Part shown: positions 27,985 through 38,257 of the stretch, piece after piece
How positions within the stretch are numbered: the stretch's first letter is position 1
Layout of the letters: each line of letters opens with the position of its first letter
Origin: Ignavibacteriales bacterium
Lineage (GTDB): Bacteria; Bacteroidota; Ignavibacteria; UBA10030; SZUA-254
NCBI GenBank assembly: GCA_016218025.1
Contig: JACRFD010000038.1
Location: 136,874-200,873 of the forward strand
Direction of reading: 5' to 3'
DNA: 64,000 nt
Notes under the pieces: model-generated
Seen by the model: the letters and a program-made list of their open reading frames with translations, nothing else
The model's database searches: none
Told to the model about the DNA's origin: nothing
Program-made: the position numbers and the translations under genes

Positions 27985-30153
27985 ATGGAATTATTAATAA
28001 TTATAGGGATTAGTGTTGTTGGATTGTTATTCGCCCTGTATCTTATCCGCGATGTACTTCGTAGAGATACCGGAACAGAGCGGATGCAGGAAATTTCCAA
28101 CGCTATAAAACAAGGGGCTGAGGCGTTTCTCCGCCGTCAAAATCGTACAATTGTTCTGCTTGCGATTGCTCTCGCTTTTCTTATTTATATTTTATATGCA
28201 TTCGTCCGCACTCCTTTGCCGGAACATGACCCGGCAAGTGCCGCTGATCTTGCTCTATGGACAACGCTCTCTTTTCTTTTTGGAGCAGCATGTTCGGTTG
28301 CATCGGGTTATATGGGCATGTGGGTTGCAATACGAAGTAATATTCGTACTGCTTCTGCCGCAAGAAACAATATGAATGATGCATTGCAGGCGGCATTGCG
28401 AGGGGGAGCTGTATCGGGATTTTTCGTTGTTGCTTTAAGTTTACTTGGAGTTGCAGGATTATTTGCTATTGTACAATCTGTTGGTGTAACCACCGATCCA
28501 ACCAAGATTCCCTTACTGATAGTCGGATATGGATTTGGTGCAAGTTTTGTCGCTCTGTTTGCACAACTCGGGGGAGGTATTTACACTAAAGCGGCAGATG
28601 TTGGTGCCGACCTCGTAGGGAAAGTTGAAGCCGGAATCCCGGAAGACGATCCACGAAACCCGGCTGTTATTGCAGATCTGGTAGGTGATAATGTTGGAGA
28701 TTGTGCCGGTCGTGGCGCAGATCTTTTTGAATCCACTGCCGCCGAAAATATCGGTGCAATGATTCTCGCTGCGGGACTTTACCGTGCCAATACTCAATAC
28801 TTTATCGATAATAATTTATCTCTTTTAGGTGTTATTCTATTCCCGTTAGTTGCACGTGCATTTGGAATTATTGCCTCTATTATTGGAATTATGTCTGTGA
28901 GGACTGATGAAAATAAAGATCCTATGAAGGCACTTAATCGTGGATATTTTGTTACAGCCATTCTCGCAATTGTTGGATTTTTTATTGCATCGCAATGGCT
29001 GCTTGGTCAGAATTATTTTAACTTCTTCATCGCAGGTGTTATCGGTGTTCTAACATCTGTTGCTTTCGTTTATATCACACAATATTATACAGAGTACCAT
29101 TACAGACCGGTTAAATCTATTGCGGAATCATCTCAAACCGGACCTGCAACAAATATTATTTCGGGAATTGCTGTTGGTATGGAATCAACAGGATATCCGA
29201 TATTTGTTATCGCTGGTGCTCTTGTTAGTTCATATATGCTCGGTAATTCATCGGGCTTACATGAAGGCGGTTTATTCGGAACTGCAGTTGCAACAATGGG
29301 TATGTTAGGAACAGCGGCATACATTCTTGCGATGGATACATTCGGTCCGATTACAGATAATGCCGGTGGCATCGTTGAGATGAGTCAGCAATCGGAAGAG
29401 ATTCGCAAACGAACTGACCGGCTCGATTCAGTTGGAAACACAACAAAAGCATTAACAAAAGGTTATGCAGTCGGTTCGGCAGCGCTTGCCGCATTCTTGC
29501 TTTTTGGTGCGTACATGGATGAAGTAAAAAATTACATGCCCTCATTTCAACCTGTTATCAATTTAAACAAGCCTGAAGTATTTGTCGGAGCGATGCTCGG
29601 TTCTGTATTGGTTTATATTTTCTCTTCGCTCGCTATTAAAGCCGTTGGAAAAGCTGCATATGCAATAATTAATAATGTACGTGAACAATTCAGGAATAAT
29701 CCTGGCATCATGCAAGGCACGTCAAAACCTGATTACGGTCAGTGTGTTGATATTGCAACAAAAGCAGCTCTTCGAAAAATGGTTTTGCCCGGTGTGTTGG
29801 TTGTTGGAATGACCGTTGGTGTTGGGATTGTTTTTAAATGGCTCTATTATGCAGGAGGACAATCTGCCCATGGTGCAAGTGGTGCAGAAGTTATTGGTGG
29901 ATTCCTCATGGCGGGAACGATAACGGGAATTTTAATGGCGCTGTTTTTAAATAACAGCGGCGGTGCCTGGGACAATGCAAAAAAATATATCGAAACGGGA
30001 ATGTACGGAGGCAAGAGATCTGATCCACACAAAGCATCAGTAGTCGGTGATACAGTGGGTGATCCGTTCAAGGATACTGCTGGTCCATCTTTACATGTGT
30101 TAATAAAATTATTATCAACTATCACATTGGTACTGGCGCCGTTGTTCATTTGA
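27985..30153 (+). CDS. hppA: Membrane-integral proton-translocating pyrophosphatase, K+-independent type
   Basis: GGGIYTKAADVGADLVGKVE, DNVGD, GNTTKA, GDTVGDPFKD. Confidence 0.95.
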   Translation: MELLIIIGISVVGLLFALYLIRDVLRRDTGTERMQEISNAIKQGAEAFLRRQNRTIVLLAIALAFLIYILYAFVRTPLPEHDPASAADLALWTTLSFLFGAACSVASGYMGMWVAIRSNIRTASAARNNMNDALQAALRGGAVSGFFVVALSLLGVAGLFAIVQSVGVTTDPTKIPLLIVGYGFGASFVALFAQLGGGIYTKAADVGADLVGKVEAGIPEDDPRNPAVIADLVGDNVGDCAGRGADLFESTAAENIGAMILAAGLYRANTQYFIDNNLSLLGVILFPLVARAFGIIASIIGIMSVRTDENKDPMKALNRGYFVTAILAIVGFFIASQWLLGQNYFNFFIAGVIGVLTSVAFVYITQYYTEYHYRPVKSIAESSQTGPATNIISGIAVGMESTGYPIFVIAGALVSSYMLGNSSGLHEGGLFGTAVATMGMLGTAAYILAMDTFGPITDNAGGIVEMSQQSEEIRKRTDRLDSVGNTTKALTKGYAVGSAALAAFLLFGAYMDEVKNYMPSFQPVINLNKPEVFVGAMLGSVLVYIFSSLAIKAVGKAAYAIINNVREQFRNNPGIMQGTSKPDYGQCVDIATKAALRKMVLPGVLVVGMTVGVGIVFKWLYYAGGQSAHGASGAEVIGGFLMAGTITGILMALFLNNSGGAWDNAKKYIETGMYGGKRSDPHKASVVGDTVGDPFKDTAGPSLHVLIKLLSTITLVLAPLFI

Positions 30154-30170
30154 TTAAGAAATTTTTCAAG

Positions 30171-30206
30171 TAGGGATTATTAGATGAAGCGATCCGATAA
30201 TCCCTA
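30171..30206. terminator. Stem-loop after hppA (probable terminator)
   Basis: TAGGGATTAT / ATAATCCCTA perfect 10-bp arms; weak U-tract. Confidence 0.5.
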
Positions 30207-30277
30207 TTAACAAATATTTTAAGAAGGTAAGGGTCTTGTTTATTTTTATGTCAAAAAATTAAACAAAAAATGATTTC

Positions 30278-30306
30278 TTGCCTATTTCACAAATTTTCAG
30301 TAAATT
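30278..30306 (+). promoter_or_regulatory. Candidate sigma70 promoter of the rplM operon
   Basis: TTGCCT-17 nt-TAAATT. Confidence 0.45.
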
Positions 30307-30359
30307 TAATAAGTTATTTTTGATAACCTATCAATTTTTATCAATTTCAAGGATTTTCC

Positions 30360-30803
30360 GTGGCATTAGCACAAAGAATTACACATTCATTCAGAGAAGA
30401 CGAGGTTACACAGAAGTGGTACCTTGTTGATGCAACCGGTCAAACATTAGGCAGAGTTGCCAGCCGGATTGCACATGTTCTACGAGGAAAAAATAAACCA
30501 CAATTTACTCCGAACGCCGATTGCGGTGATTATGTTGTTGTAATCAACGCTGATAAAGTTAAGATTGCCGCAAAACGTGAAGAGCAAAAAACTTATTTCC
30601 ATCATACACTTTACCCTGCAGGCGCAACTGTTGAGAGTTATCGGGAACTGATGAAGACTGATCCGGAACGGATTGTTACGATGGCAGTTAAAGGAATGAT
30701 CCCGCACAATCGTCTGGGTGTGAGAGTAATTAAAAAATTAAAAGTGTACCGCGGAACCGAGCATCCACATCAAGCTCAAAAACCCGAACCATTGAAGTTT
30801 TAA
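30360..30803 (+). CDS. rplM: 50S ribosomal protein L13
   Basis: KWYLVDATGQTLGR, LRGKNKP.FTP..DCGD; GTG start. Confidence 0.97.
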   Translation: MALAQRITHSFREDEVTQKWYLVDATGQTLGRVASRIAHVLRGKNKPQFTPNADCGDYVVVINADKVKIAAKREEQKTYFHHTLYPAGATVESYRELMKTDPERIVTMAVKGMIPHNRLGVRVIKKLKVYRGTEHPHQAQKPEPLKF

Positions 30804-30815
30804 TCAGGAGTATAA

Positions 30816-31208
30816 ATGGCAATACAGCAAAGAATAGCAGTTGGCAGAAGAAAAACATCAGTTGCACGTGTAATATTAAAACCCGGTTCAGGTGAAGTAA
30901 TCATTAATAATGATCCGTTGGAAAAATATTTCCCGATCGAAACATTAAAGACAGAGGTTCTTCTTCCGTTTACCGTTACTGAAACAATGGGAAAATACGA
31001 TGTTGATGCAATCGTCAACGGCGGCGGAACAAGCGGTCAGGCTGGTGCCGTGAAACTTGGTATCTCGCGAGCACTTGTCGATTTGAATAATGAATTAAGA
31101 ACCAAACTTCGTGAGTTCGATCTTTTAACAAGAGATTCACGAATGGTTGAACGGAAAAAATACGGACAACGCAAAGCCCGTAAGAGATTCCAGTTCAGTA
31201 AGAGATAA
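30816..31208 (+). CDS. rpsI: 30S ribosomal protein S9
   Basis: [37 protein letters not shown]. Confidence 0.98.
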   Translation: MAIQQRIAVGRRKTSVARVILKPGSGEVIINNDPLEKYFPIETLKTEVLLPFTVTETMGKYDVDAIVNGGGTSGQAGAVKLGISRALVDLNNELRTKLREFDLLTRDSRMVERKKYGQRKARKRFQFSKR

Positions 31209-31212
31209 TTTT

Positions 31213-31302
31213 TTAGTAAATGAGTATGTGAGTATGTAAGTGTATGAGATTGAGAAGAGAAATTCACTCAATTACTCAGATACTAAACTACTCAAATACT
31301 TA
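31213..31302. repeat. Inverted pair of degenerate 8-mer tandem arrays
   Basis: Left TTAGTAAA TGAGTATG TGAGTATG TAAGTGTA TGAG; right TTCACTCA ATTACTCA GATACTAA ACTACTCA AATACTTA. Confidence 0.85.
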
Positions 31303-31309
31303 ATAAATC

Positions 31310-31409
31310 AAACATACTTTCTGATTTTGAGGGAAGTGTTTCGTATTAAGCGGAATCCCTTCAAGAGATGACGGAAGTAGAAGAAACAACTAACATATAG
31401 GAGTAATAA
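31310..31409 (+). promoter_or_regulatory. Candidate structured rpsB 5' leader
   Basis: Nested complementarity TACTTTC/GGAAGTA and TTGAGGGA/TCCCTTCAA directly upstream of rpsB. Confidence 0.45.
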
Positions 31410-32162
31410 ATGCCACGTATAGAACTAACCGAACTACTCGATGCCGGAGCTCACTTCGGACATCTCACACGCCGTTGGAATCCCAAAATGAAACCGTTCA
31501 TATTTATGGAACGGAACGGTATACATATAATCGATCTGAAGAAAACACAGGAATTGTTAGAAGGTGCAGCTAATGCTCTAGCAGGTATTATCGGTGAAGG
31601 TAAAAAAGTGCTTTTTGTCGGTACTAAAAGTCAGGCATCTGTTGTAATTGAAGAAGAAGCAAAACGCTGCGGTGCTTTTTATACATCATCACGCTGGCTT
31701 GGCGGAATGCTGACAAATTTTTCAACAATCAGAAAGAGTGTGAAGCGTTTACAAAACATCGAGAAGATGGAAACAGACGGAACTTACGATAAGATCACAA
31801 AGAAAGAAGCTTTGGTGCTGGACCGTGAAAAAGAGAAATTATCCGACGTTCTTTCGGGTGTTGTTGATATGACACGGTTACCAGGTGCGCTTTTTGTAGT
31901 TGATATAAAGAAAGAAGAAATCTCGGTACGTGAAGCAAAGAGGCTGGGAATCCCGGTTTTTGCGATTGTAGATACCAATTGTGATCCCACATTCGTTGAT
32001 TACCCGATACCTGCGAACGATGATGCTATAAAATCTATACAGGCAATCACAAGAGTGATTGCAGATTCGGTACTGGAAGGACAAGAACGTATAAGTGCGA
32101 TGCAACAAGCACTTGATGAACAGCAGCGGGAATCAGAAGAAGCAAAACCAAAGAAGAAATAA
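31410..32162 (+). CDS. rpsB: 30S ribosomal protein S2
   Basis: [38 protein letters not shown]. Confidence 0.98.
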   Translation: MPRIELTELLDAGAHFGHLTRRWNPKMKPFIFMERNGIHIIDLKKTQELLEGAANALAGIIGEGKKVLFVGTKSQASVVIEEEAKRCGAFYTSSRWLGGMLTNFSTIRKSVKRLQNIEKMETDGTYDKITKKEALVLDREKEKLSDVLSGVVDMTRLPGALFVVDIKKEEISVREAKRLGIPVFAIVDTNCDPTFVDYPIPANDDAIKSIQAITRVIADSVLEGQERISAMQQALDEQQRESEEAKPKKK

Positions 32163-32200
32163 TTTTTGAAAAATCATTTATAGAACAAGAGTGAACAGTT

Positions 32201-32800
32201 ATGGAAATTACATCAGATCAAGTTAAAACATTAAGAGATAAAACCGGCGCCGGTATGATGGATTGCAAGAAAGCGCTTGCAGAGTCGAACGGCGATTTGG
32301 AAAAAGCAATAGATTTTCTCAGAAAAAAAGGTGCGGCTACAGCAGAGAAGAGAGCAGACCGTGCAACCAATCAGGGTATAATTGAGGCATATATTCATGC
32401 CGGAGGAAGAATCGGCACGATGGTTGAGCTCAACTGTGAAACTGATTTCGTTGCGAAGACCGATGATTTCAAATTATTAGCCCGTGAAATTGCAATGCAG
32501 ATTGCAGCAATGAATCCTCTTTATATTACGCGGGAAGATGTTCCAAAAGATGTCATGGATCATGAATTGGAAATTTATCGTACTCAGGCATTGAACGAAA
32601 AGAAACCAGAGCAGGTTGTTAACAGAATAGCCGAAGGAAAATTAGAGAAATATTATCAGGAATTTTGCCTGGCAGAACAAATTTATATTAAAGATTCCGG
32701 GAAGACAATTAAAGATTTAATTCTCGAAATCATGGCCAAGACAGGAGAGAAGATAACGATCCGGAGATTCAAACGATTTCATCTGGGTGAAAATTCATAA
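32201..32800 (+). CDS. tsf: Elongation factor Ts (short 199-aa form)
   Basis: LRDKTGAGMMDCKKAL, ELNCETDFVA. Confidence 0.97.
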   Translation: MEITSDQVKTLRDKTGAGMMDCKKALAESNGDLEKAIDFLRKKGAATAEKRADRATNQGIIEAYIHAGGRIGTMVELNCETDFVAKTDDFKLLAREIAMQIAAMNPLYITREDVPKDVMDHELEIYRTQALNEKKPEQVVNRIAEGKLEKYYQEFCLAEQIYIKDSGKTIKDLILEIMAKTGEKITIRRFKRFHLGENS

Positions 32801-32810
32801 ACAAAATATT

Positions 32811-32839
32811 AAAGGTCTCGCGTTCGTGAGACCTTTTTT
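32811..32839 (+). terminator. Rho-independent terminator between tsf and pyrH
   Basis: AAAGGTCTCGCG-TT-CGTGAGACCTTT then a T-run. Confidence 0.75.
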
Positions 32840-32848
32840 GTATAAAGT

Positions 32849-33583
32849 ATGAAAAATAATAAAATAGTATTTAGAAGAATTCTCCTTAAAGTGAGCGGTG
32901 AAGCTTTGATGGGAGAAAAAGAATTCGGTATCGATTCTAATATCCTGAATAAATTTGCAAATGAAATTGCAGGTGTACAAAAACTCGGGATTGAAATAGG
33001 AATTGTTATCGGCGGCGGAAATATTTATCGCGGTGTTGAAAACTCTTCAGACGGGGTTGATAAAGTTACGGGCGATCATATGGGAATGCTTGCAACCATT
33101 ATTAACGGGCTTGCACTCCAGAGTGCCCTTGAGCATCAAGGAGTATTTACCCGCTTGATGAGTCCGATAAACATGGAAGAGATGGCGGAACCTTTTATAC
33201 GAAGGCGTGCTATAAGACACCTTGAAAAAGGAAGGGTGGTAATTTTCGGAGCAGGGACAGGCAATCCGTACTTTACAACAGATTCTGCAGCAGCTTTAAG
33301 AGCGATGGAGATTAATGCCGATGTAATTATAAAAGCTACACGCGTTGATGGAGTATATGATTCGGATCCGGAAAAAAATAAAAAAGCAATCAAGTTCGAT
33401 GAAATATCATATCAAAATGTTCTTGATAAGGATTTAAAGATAATGGATCTGACTGCCATTACTTTATGCAAAGAAAATCTGATGCCGATTATAGTTTTTA
33501 ATTTTAATATTGCAGGTAATCTAAAAAGTTTAGTTCAGGGTAAAAAAGTCGGTACCCTCGTTCATTCAAAAAAAGGAAAATAA
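32849..33583 (+). CDS. pyrH: UMP kinase
   Basis: [37 protein letters not shown]. Confidence 0.97.
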   Translation: MKNNKIVFRRILLKVSGEALMGEKEFGIDSNILNKFANEIAGVQKLGIEIGIVIGGGNIYRGVENSSDGVDKVTGDHMGMLATIINGLALQSALEHQGVFTRLMSPINMEEMAEPFIRRRAIRHLEKGRVVIFGAGTGNPYFTTDSAAALRAMEINADVIIKATRVDGVYDSDPEKNKKAIKFDEISYQNVLDKDLKIMDLTAITLCKENLMPIIVFNFNIAGNLKSLVQGKKVGTLVHSKKGK

Positions 33584-33617
33584 TAATTACGCTTGTCTAA
33601 CAATAGAAGGAACAAGT

Positions 33618-34175
33618 ATGATAAAAGATATTATTAAACAAACCGAAGATAAAATGCACAAAGCAGTTGAGGTTGTGCGGCATGAATTTATCAAGATAAG
33701 AACAGGTAAAGCTACAACTGCATTACTTGATGGTGTAAAGGTGGATTATTACGGTCAACAATCACCGTTAACTCAAGTTGCAAATGTCAGCGTTAAAGAT
33801 ATTCATACAATTTCGGTTCAACCGTGGGATAAGACTATGGTTCAACCGATTGAGAAAGCAATATTAGCTGCAAATCTCGGTTTAAATCCGATTGCAGATT
33901 CAACCGGAATCCGTGTTCCGATTCCACCGTTGAATGAAGAACGCAGAAAAGAATTGGTTAAGTTAGTTAAGAAATTCGCAGAGGAAGGCAAAATTGCAAT
34001 TCGGAATATTCGCAGGGATTCAATCGAGCACTTAAAAAAATCCGAAAAGGATGAACATTTTTCGGAAGATGACAGAAAACGTGCAGAACAGGATGTTCAG
34101 AAAATGACAGATAAATTTATCAAAGATGTTGATAATTTAGTAGTCATAAAAGAAAAAGAAATAATGGAAGTTTAA
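33618..34175 (+). CDS. frr: Ribosome recycling factor
   Basis: IRTGKA, PPLNEERRKELVK, IRNIRRD. Confidence 0.97.
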   Translation: MIKDIIKQTEDKMHKAVEVVRHEFIKIRTGKATTALLDGVKVDYYGQQSPLTQVANVSVKDIHTISVQPWDKTMVQPIEKAILAANLGLNPIADSTGIRVPIPPLNEERRKELVKLVKKFAEEGKIAIRNIRRDSIEHLKKSEKDEHFSEDDRKRAEQDVQKMTDKFIKDVDNLVVIKEKEIMEV

Positions 34176-34206
34176 TAGTTCAATAATTGTAAATTATTAT
34201 TTTAAC

Positions 34207-34238
34207 AAATGCCGGTTCATTGAAAGAATCGGCATTTT
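34207..34238 (+). terminator. Rho-independent terminator after frr
   Basis: AAATGCCGGTTC / GAATCGGCATTT stem plus T-run. Confidence 0.7.
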
Positions 34239-34344
34239 ACATTAAGTATGTTGGAACACAGAAAAAATCTGATCTCTAAATTATTGCAACTTTTTTACTC
34301 AGAGAATCGTAATATAAGTTAGAATATGCAGAAAGCAGGCTAAA

Positions 34345-35034
34345 ATGGAATCAAATGGACATATTGACCGCCGGTTATACAAGTCGAGACGGAATAAGTG
34401 GATCGACGGTGTCTGTGGCGGTATTGCAGAGTATTTTGACGTTGATCCTACGATAGTCAGACTGCTATGGGTTCTCGTTACTCTTATGGGCGGTTCCGGA
34501 TTTATCTTGTATATAGTCGGTATGATAATCATGCCCGTAAACCCCGAGCATCTGGCAACGGTTCAAACATCATCCTCGCCACCTGCAAATGGAGCTGATA
34601 AAAAACGGTTCTTCGGAGTAATGCTGGTGCTAACAGGAGCGTTCTTATTACTTCTAAACATTGGATGGTTCTGGGGATTTAGTTGGTGGTCTTTTTCTCG
34701 TACCGTTATGTTGCCGGTGCTGTTTATACTATTAGGCGCATTTTTTATATATCTTCACTCTTCTAAAAAGAAAGATAATAATTCAACAACTGCAGAGGAA
34801 TCAGCTAAACCGGGCTTAACTGGGGACGGGCAAAAAGAATTACGGAGATGCAGAGCAAACCGGAAATTGTTCGGTGTATGCTGTGGACTGGCAAAATATT
34901 TTGGTATAGATCCAACTTTGGTCAGGTTCATATTCGTTGGACTGATATTATTATCATTTGGCTGGGGTTTATTAATCTATATAATTTTGGGTATTATAAT
35001 GCCTGAAGAAAAATTATCTGTAACATCTGCATAA
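34345..35034 (+). CDS. PspC domain protein (two PspC domains flanking a TM region)
   Basis: RLYKSRRNKWIDGVCGGIAEYFDVDPTIVR and LRRCRANRKLFGVCCGLAKYFGIDPTLVR. Confidence 0.88.
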   Translation: MESNGHIDRRLYKSRRNKWIDGVCGGIAEYFDVDPTIVRLLWVLVTLMGGSGFILYIVGMIIMPVNPEHLATVQTSSSPPANGADKKRFFGVMLVLTGAFLLLLNIGWFWGFSWWSFSRTVMLPVLFILLGAFFIYLHSSKKKDNNSTTAEESAKPGLTGDGQKELRRCRANRKLFGVCCGLAKYFGIDPTLVRFIFVGLILLSFGWGLLIYIILGIIMPEEKLSVTSA

Positions 35035-35044
35035 GGAATTTTAT

Positions 35045-35602
35045 ATGAATGGAAATGTAAAGAAAATATCATGGTTCGGGATCGTTCTTGTTGTAATCGG
35101 TATTTTCATGCTGCTCGATAGGTTTGATTATATTCAATTCAAATTTTCAGTAATATTCTGGCCCCTGATGATGCTGTTGGGAATCGTGGGTGTAAGCAGA
35201 GGATTCAATTTAAATAAGCGAGGAAAAATATTCTGGGGAACAACTCTGTTCCTTTATTCATTGTTTTTCCTTCTCAAATCTATTGATTATTTTGAGATAT
35301 ATTCACAAACATTTTTTCCCGCAACGTTTCTAGTATTCGGAATTTCATTCTTCATGCTCTATATCAATAACATGAAAGACTGGCCCTTTTTAATTCCTTC
35401 TCTTCTCCTCATAGCTGTAGGCGGCTCATTCATATTGACTGAATATGGATATTTATACAGGTGGGATGTTATCGATGCTGTTAGGACTTATTGGCCCGTT
35501 GTATTAATTCTAACAGGAATCGGACTTTTATTTCGTCGGTATAACCCTTCGCCGGAGGCGCCGGTATTGAAGAATGAAATAGAAGGAAATGAATCCAAAT
35601 AA
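35045..35602 (+). CDS. LiaF/DUF5668-like membrane protein
   Basis: WFGIVLVVIG..., FWPL, YWPVVLILTG repeated TM pattern; follows the PspC gene. Confidence 0.65.
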   Translation: MNGNVKKISWFGIVLVVIGIFMLLDRFDYIQFKFSVIFWPLMMLLGIVGVSRGFNLNKRGKIFWGTTLFLYSLFFLLKSIDYFEIYSQTFFPATFLVFGISFFMLYINNMKDWPFLIPSLLLIAVGGSFILTEYGYLYRWDVIDAVRTYWPVVLILTGIGLLFRRYNPSPEAPVLKNEIEGNESK

Positions 35603-35607
35603 AATCT

Positions 35608-38172
35608 TTATTTTATAAAATTCACTTTACCGCTAAGTAAATTTTCTCCTATTTTCAACTTATAAAAATAAGTTCCGGTTGGAACAATTCTTCCGCGATC
35701 ATCTGTGGCATCCCATCGCATCAAATAATTACCTGATGGTAGAGTCTCTTTCAGGAGGCTTTTTACGATTTGACCATTGATATTATAGATCGTTAATTCA
35801 ATTACTGAATTTGTCATTGAAGATGGAATGCTGAAATTTATTATGGTTGATGAATTAAAAGGATTCGGATAACATGGTTTCAAATTTGCATATTGCGGAA
35901 GATTCGGAGTTGAATTGTTATTCACAGACGTAAACAAATTTGTTCCCGTTGGTAGTTTGCTACCGGTTGAGTCGGCCAGATATAAATTAACAAATGGAGG
36001 ACGATTTGATTGAAGCAAATATGAATATATCCACTCTTCATCTGAGAGGCGTAAGAAATTTGTCGACAAATATTCATGATAGCTTGAGACCGGACCAACA
36101 AATGCAGTAACCCGTCCAACTGGTTGAGTGGCGATAAATAATCCTGTGTTTATTTTTCCGGTACCTGCATGCAAGACCCAGCCGACCGGATATCCTGCAG
36201 CATCAGTTGGGGCAGTATGAACATCTGCAACCAAATAATCTTTCTTACAGAACACTCCGCCTTGTCCTTCCTCACCGTAAAATAATTGTGGATACCAGCC
36301 TCCATACGTTGGCACACATCCGAATTCGCTTGTTAATACTCTACGTAAAAAACTCAGTTCATGTTCAGAAAATGGTGTAGATGATAATTCATTTATTGCA
36401 ATCGTCTCGAGTGTATCCATTACAGAATACATGTTATTATAATAAGAAACGATAATATCTCGTGTGTATGAATAGGGGAAAGAGAATGTTTGAATTTTCG
36501 TTCTTGCCTTTTCTGCAAATCTTTTAACAGCATTATAAAAATAAGGATTTGGTTCAACATATGTATAAGGAAATGAACAAACTGCGCCACCTGTGTACGA
36601 TTGTTTAGCATACAAAAGATTATCATGCCGAAGCTCTGTCCACGATGCAAGCTGAGTATTTATTTTTTCTTGCCACCAAGCAGCTGTTTGCATAAAAGGT
36701 GGGAGTGAATCACGATTAACAGGTGGATTCAGGGTTCGGATTACAGCCAGCCACAGATTGAAAAGGGAACTATTCCAGAATTCTGATTCATAATGGTCAA
36801 CAAGATATCTTAAAGCGGCAAGGTTGCTTCCGTATTTGTATTGATCCAATTCATCTTTCAATAACTGTGCGGCTGCATCATTCCCCAAGGCGAATAAAAC
36901 ATCTAGTGTTGATGGAAGCATACGTCGGATTTTAGTATTATTAAACTTAATTTTGTCATAAACTACCTGACCAGTTATATATGAATCGATTATGAATCGT
37001 TGTCCTAAAAGCATAAAAGCGGAAGCAGGTGTGATACTATCCGGACTTAAATCGTCTGCCGTCAAGATTTGCGATAAGATTCTTTGGAAAGCAAACGATC
37101 TGGTTCTTAATGTGTCTTGAAATTCTTTTACTTTATTGGTATCAAGAAACTGCTCAGCTGAAGTTATATTCATCGCTGAAGTTACCGTCTCGAAATTATT
37201 TAACGTAACATTATCCGATTCCCCGACGAAAAATTCTATGATCTCGTTGATTTCTTCCAGAACCGGTGAAGCGTTCGATATCCGGGAAGCTTCAAGTATT
37301 AGTTCTGCATCTATCACCTGTCTGCCAATATCTTCTATTGGAATCGCCAAAGCATCAACAGATTGAGGTGCTAGTAAATAAAATTCTGTGCGTCCTAACC
37401 ATATCATTGCTTTAAAATATTTTGCAAGCTGTGGTAGATCAGGATTTGTATAATGTCCCCGAACTTTGAATTGACTGAAATCTATCGTTCTATCCACGTT
37501 GGAGAATAGTTTATACATCTTCGGTTGCTCTTCTTCAATTAGTGAATTCAACTCAGAGATTGTTGCCTCATTCTCGGCATAATAAGGAGAGGCGGTAGTA
37601 TTCAGCAGTTTTCGTGGGATTGTAAGATATATATCAACATCTCGGAGCATCTGTTGCATCGCCGGATTTTGGGAATAGATTGAATCGAGTGCCGGTATGG
37701 TCGAATGAAGAAGTGTAAGCAAAGAATCTAATTGCCGAATCAAAATAGTTCGTTCTACATCAATTAATATTTTGTCATAAGATTTATGTAGGGCATGCAA
37801 AATCGCATCTGTCGAAATGAAAATCGGTAAATCTTTATGCCAGATATCGATGATGGCATTCCCGAAAGATTCATGTGATAACCGTTCAGTAACTACAAAT
37901 CCATTTTTATTTAAGAGAGAAATTTCTGATTCAGTGATATTATATTTAGCAATTATACTATCGAGATATAAAATATTTGATGGAGGGGAAGTAATTCCGG
38001 TTTTGAAAGAATCTGTCCCGTACAATTTATAGAGTTGATCTGTAGTAAGGTTATTGTTGATTGAAAGGAATTGACTATACACATTCAGATCGAAGTTCAC
38101 AATTTGAGCAGTCGAAATATTTAAGGTGAGGAAACAAATTAACGGCAGAAGAATAACGTTATAATATTTCAT
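35608..38172 (-). CDS. DUF3160 domain protein with T9SS/FlgD-type C-terminal sorting domain
   Basis: PIFISTDAILH, DFSQFKVRGHYT, LASWTELRHDNLLYAKQSY, VADVHT; C-terminal YPNPFN...G.YFY. Confidence 0.85.
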   Translation of the reverse strand: MKYYNVILLPLICFLTLNISTAQIVNFDLNVYSQFLSINNNLTTDQLYKLYGTDSFKTGITSPPSNILYLDSIIAKYNITESEISLLNKNGFVVTERLSHESFGNAIIDIWHKDLPIFISTDAILHALHKSYDKILIDVERTILIRQLDSLLTLLHSTIPALDSIYSQNPAMQQMLRDVDIYLTIPRKLLNTTASPYYAENEATISELNSLIEEEQPKMYKLFSNVDRTIDFSQFKVRGHYTNPDLPQLAKYFKAMIWLGRTEFYLLAPQSVDALAIPIEDIGRQVIDAELILEASRISNASPVLEEINEIIEFFVGESDNVTLNNFETVTSAMNITSAEQFLDTNKVKEFQDTLRTRSFAFQRILSQILTADDLSPDSITPASAFMLLGQRFIIDSYITGQVVYDKIKFNNTKIRRMLPSTLDVLFALGNDAAAQLLKDELDQYKYGSNLAALRYLVDHYESEFWNSSLFNLWLAVIRTLNPPVNRDSLPPFMQTAAWWQEKINTQLASWTELRHDNLLYAKQSYTGGAVCSFPYTYVEPNPYFYNAVKRFAEKARTKIQTFSFPYSYTRDIIVSYYNNMYSVMDTLETIAINELSSTPFSEHELSFLRRVLTSEFGCVPTYGGWYPQLFYGEEGQGGVFCKKDYLVADVHTAPTDAAGYPVGWVLHAGTGKINTGLFIATQPVGRVTAFVGPVSSYHEYLSTNFLRLSDEEWIYSYLLQSNRPPFVNLYLADSTGSKLPTGTNLFTSVNNNSTPNLPQYANLKPCYPNPFNSSTIINFSIPSSMTNSVIELTIYNINGQIVKSLLKETLPSGNYLMRWDATDDRGRIVPTGTYFYKLKIGENLLSGKVNFIK

Positions 38173-38257
38173 ATAACCTCCAATAATGAAACGATAAACT
38201 TGTTAACTACTTCGAAACAATATATGAAACTAAATAAACAAAATCAATACAAAATCT

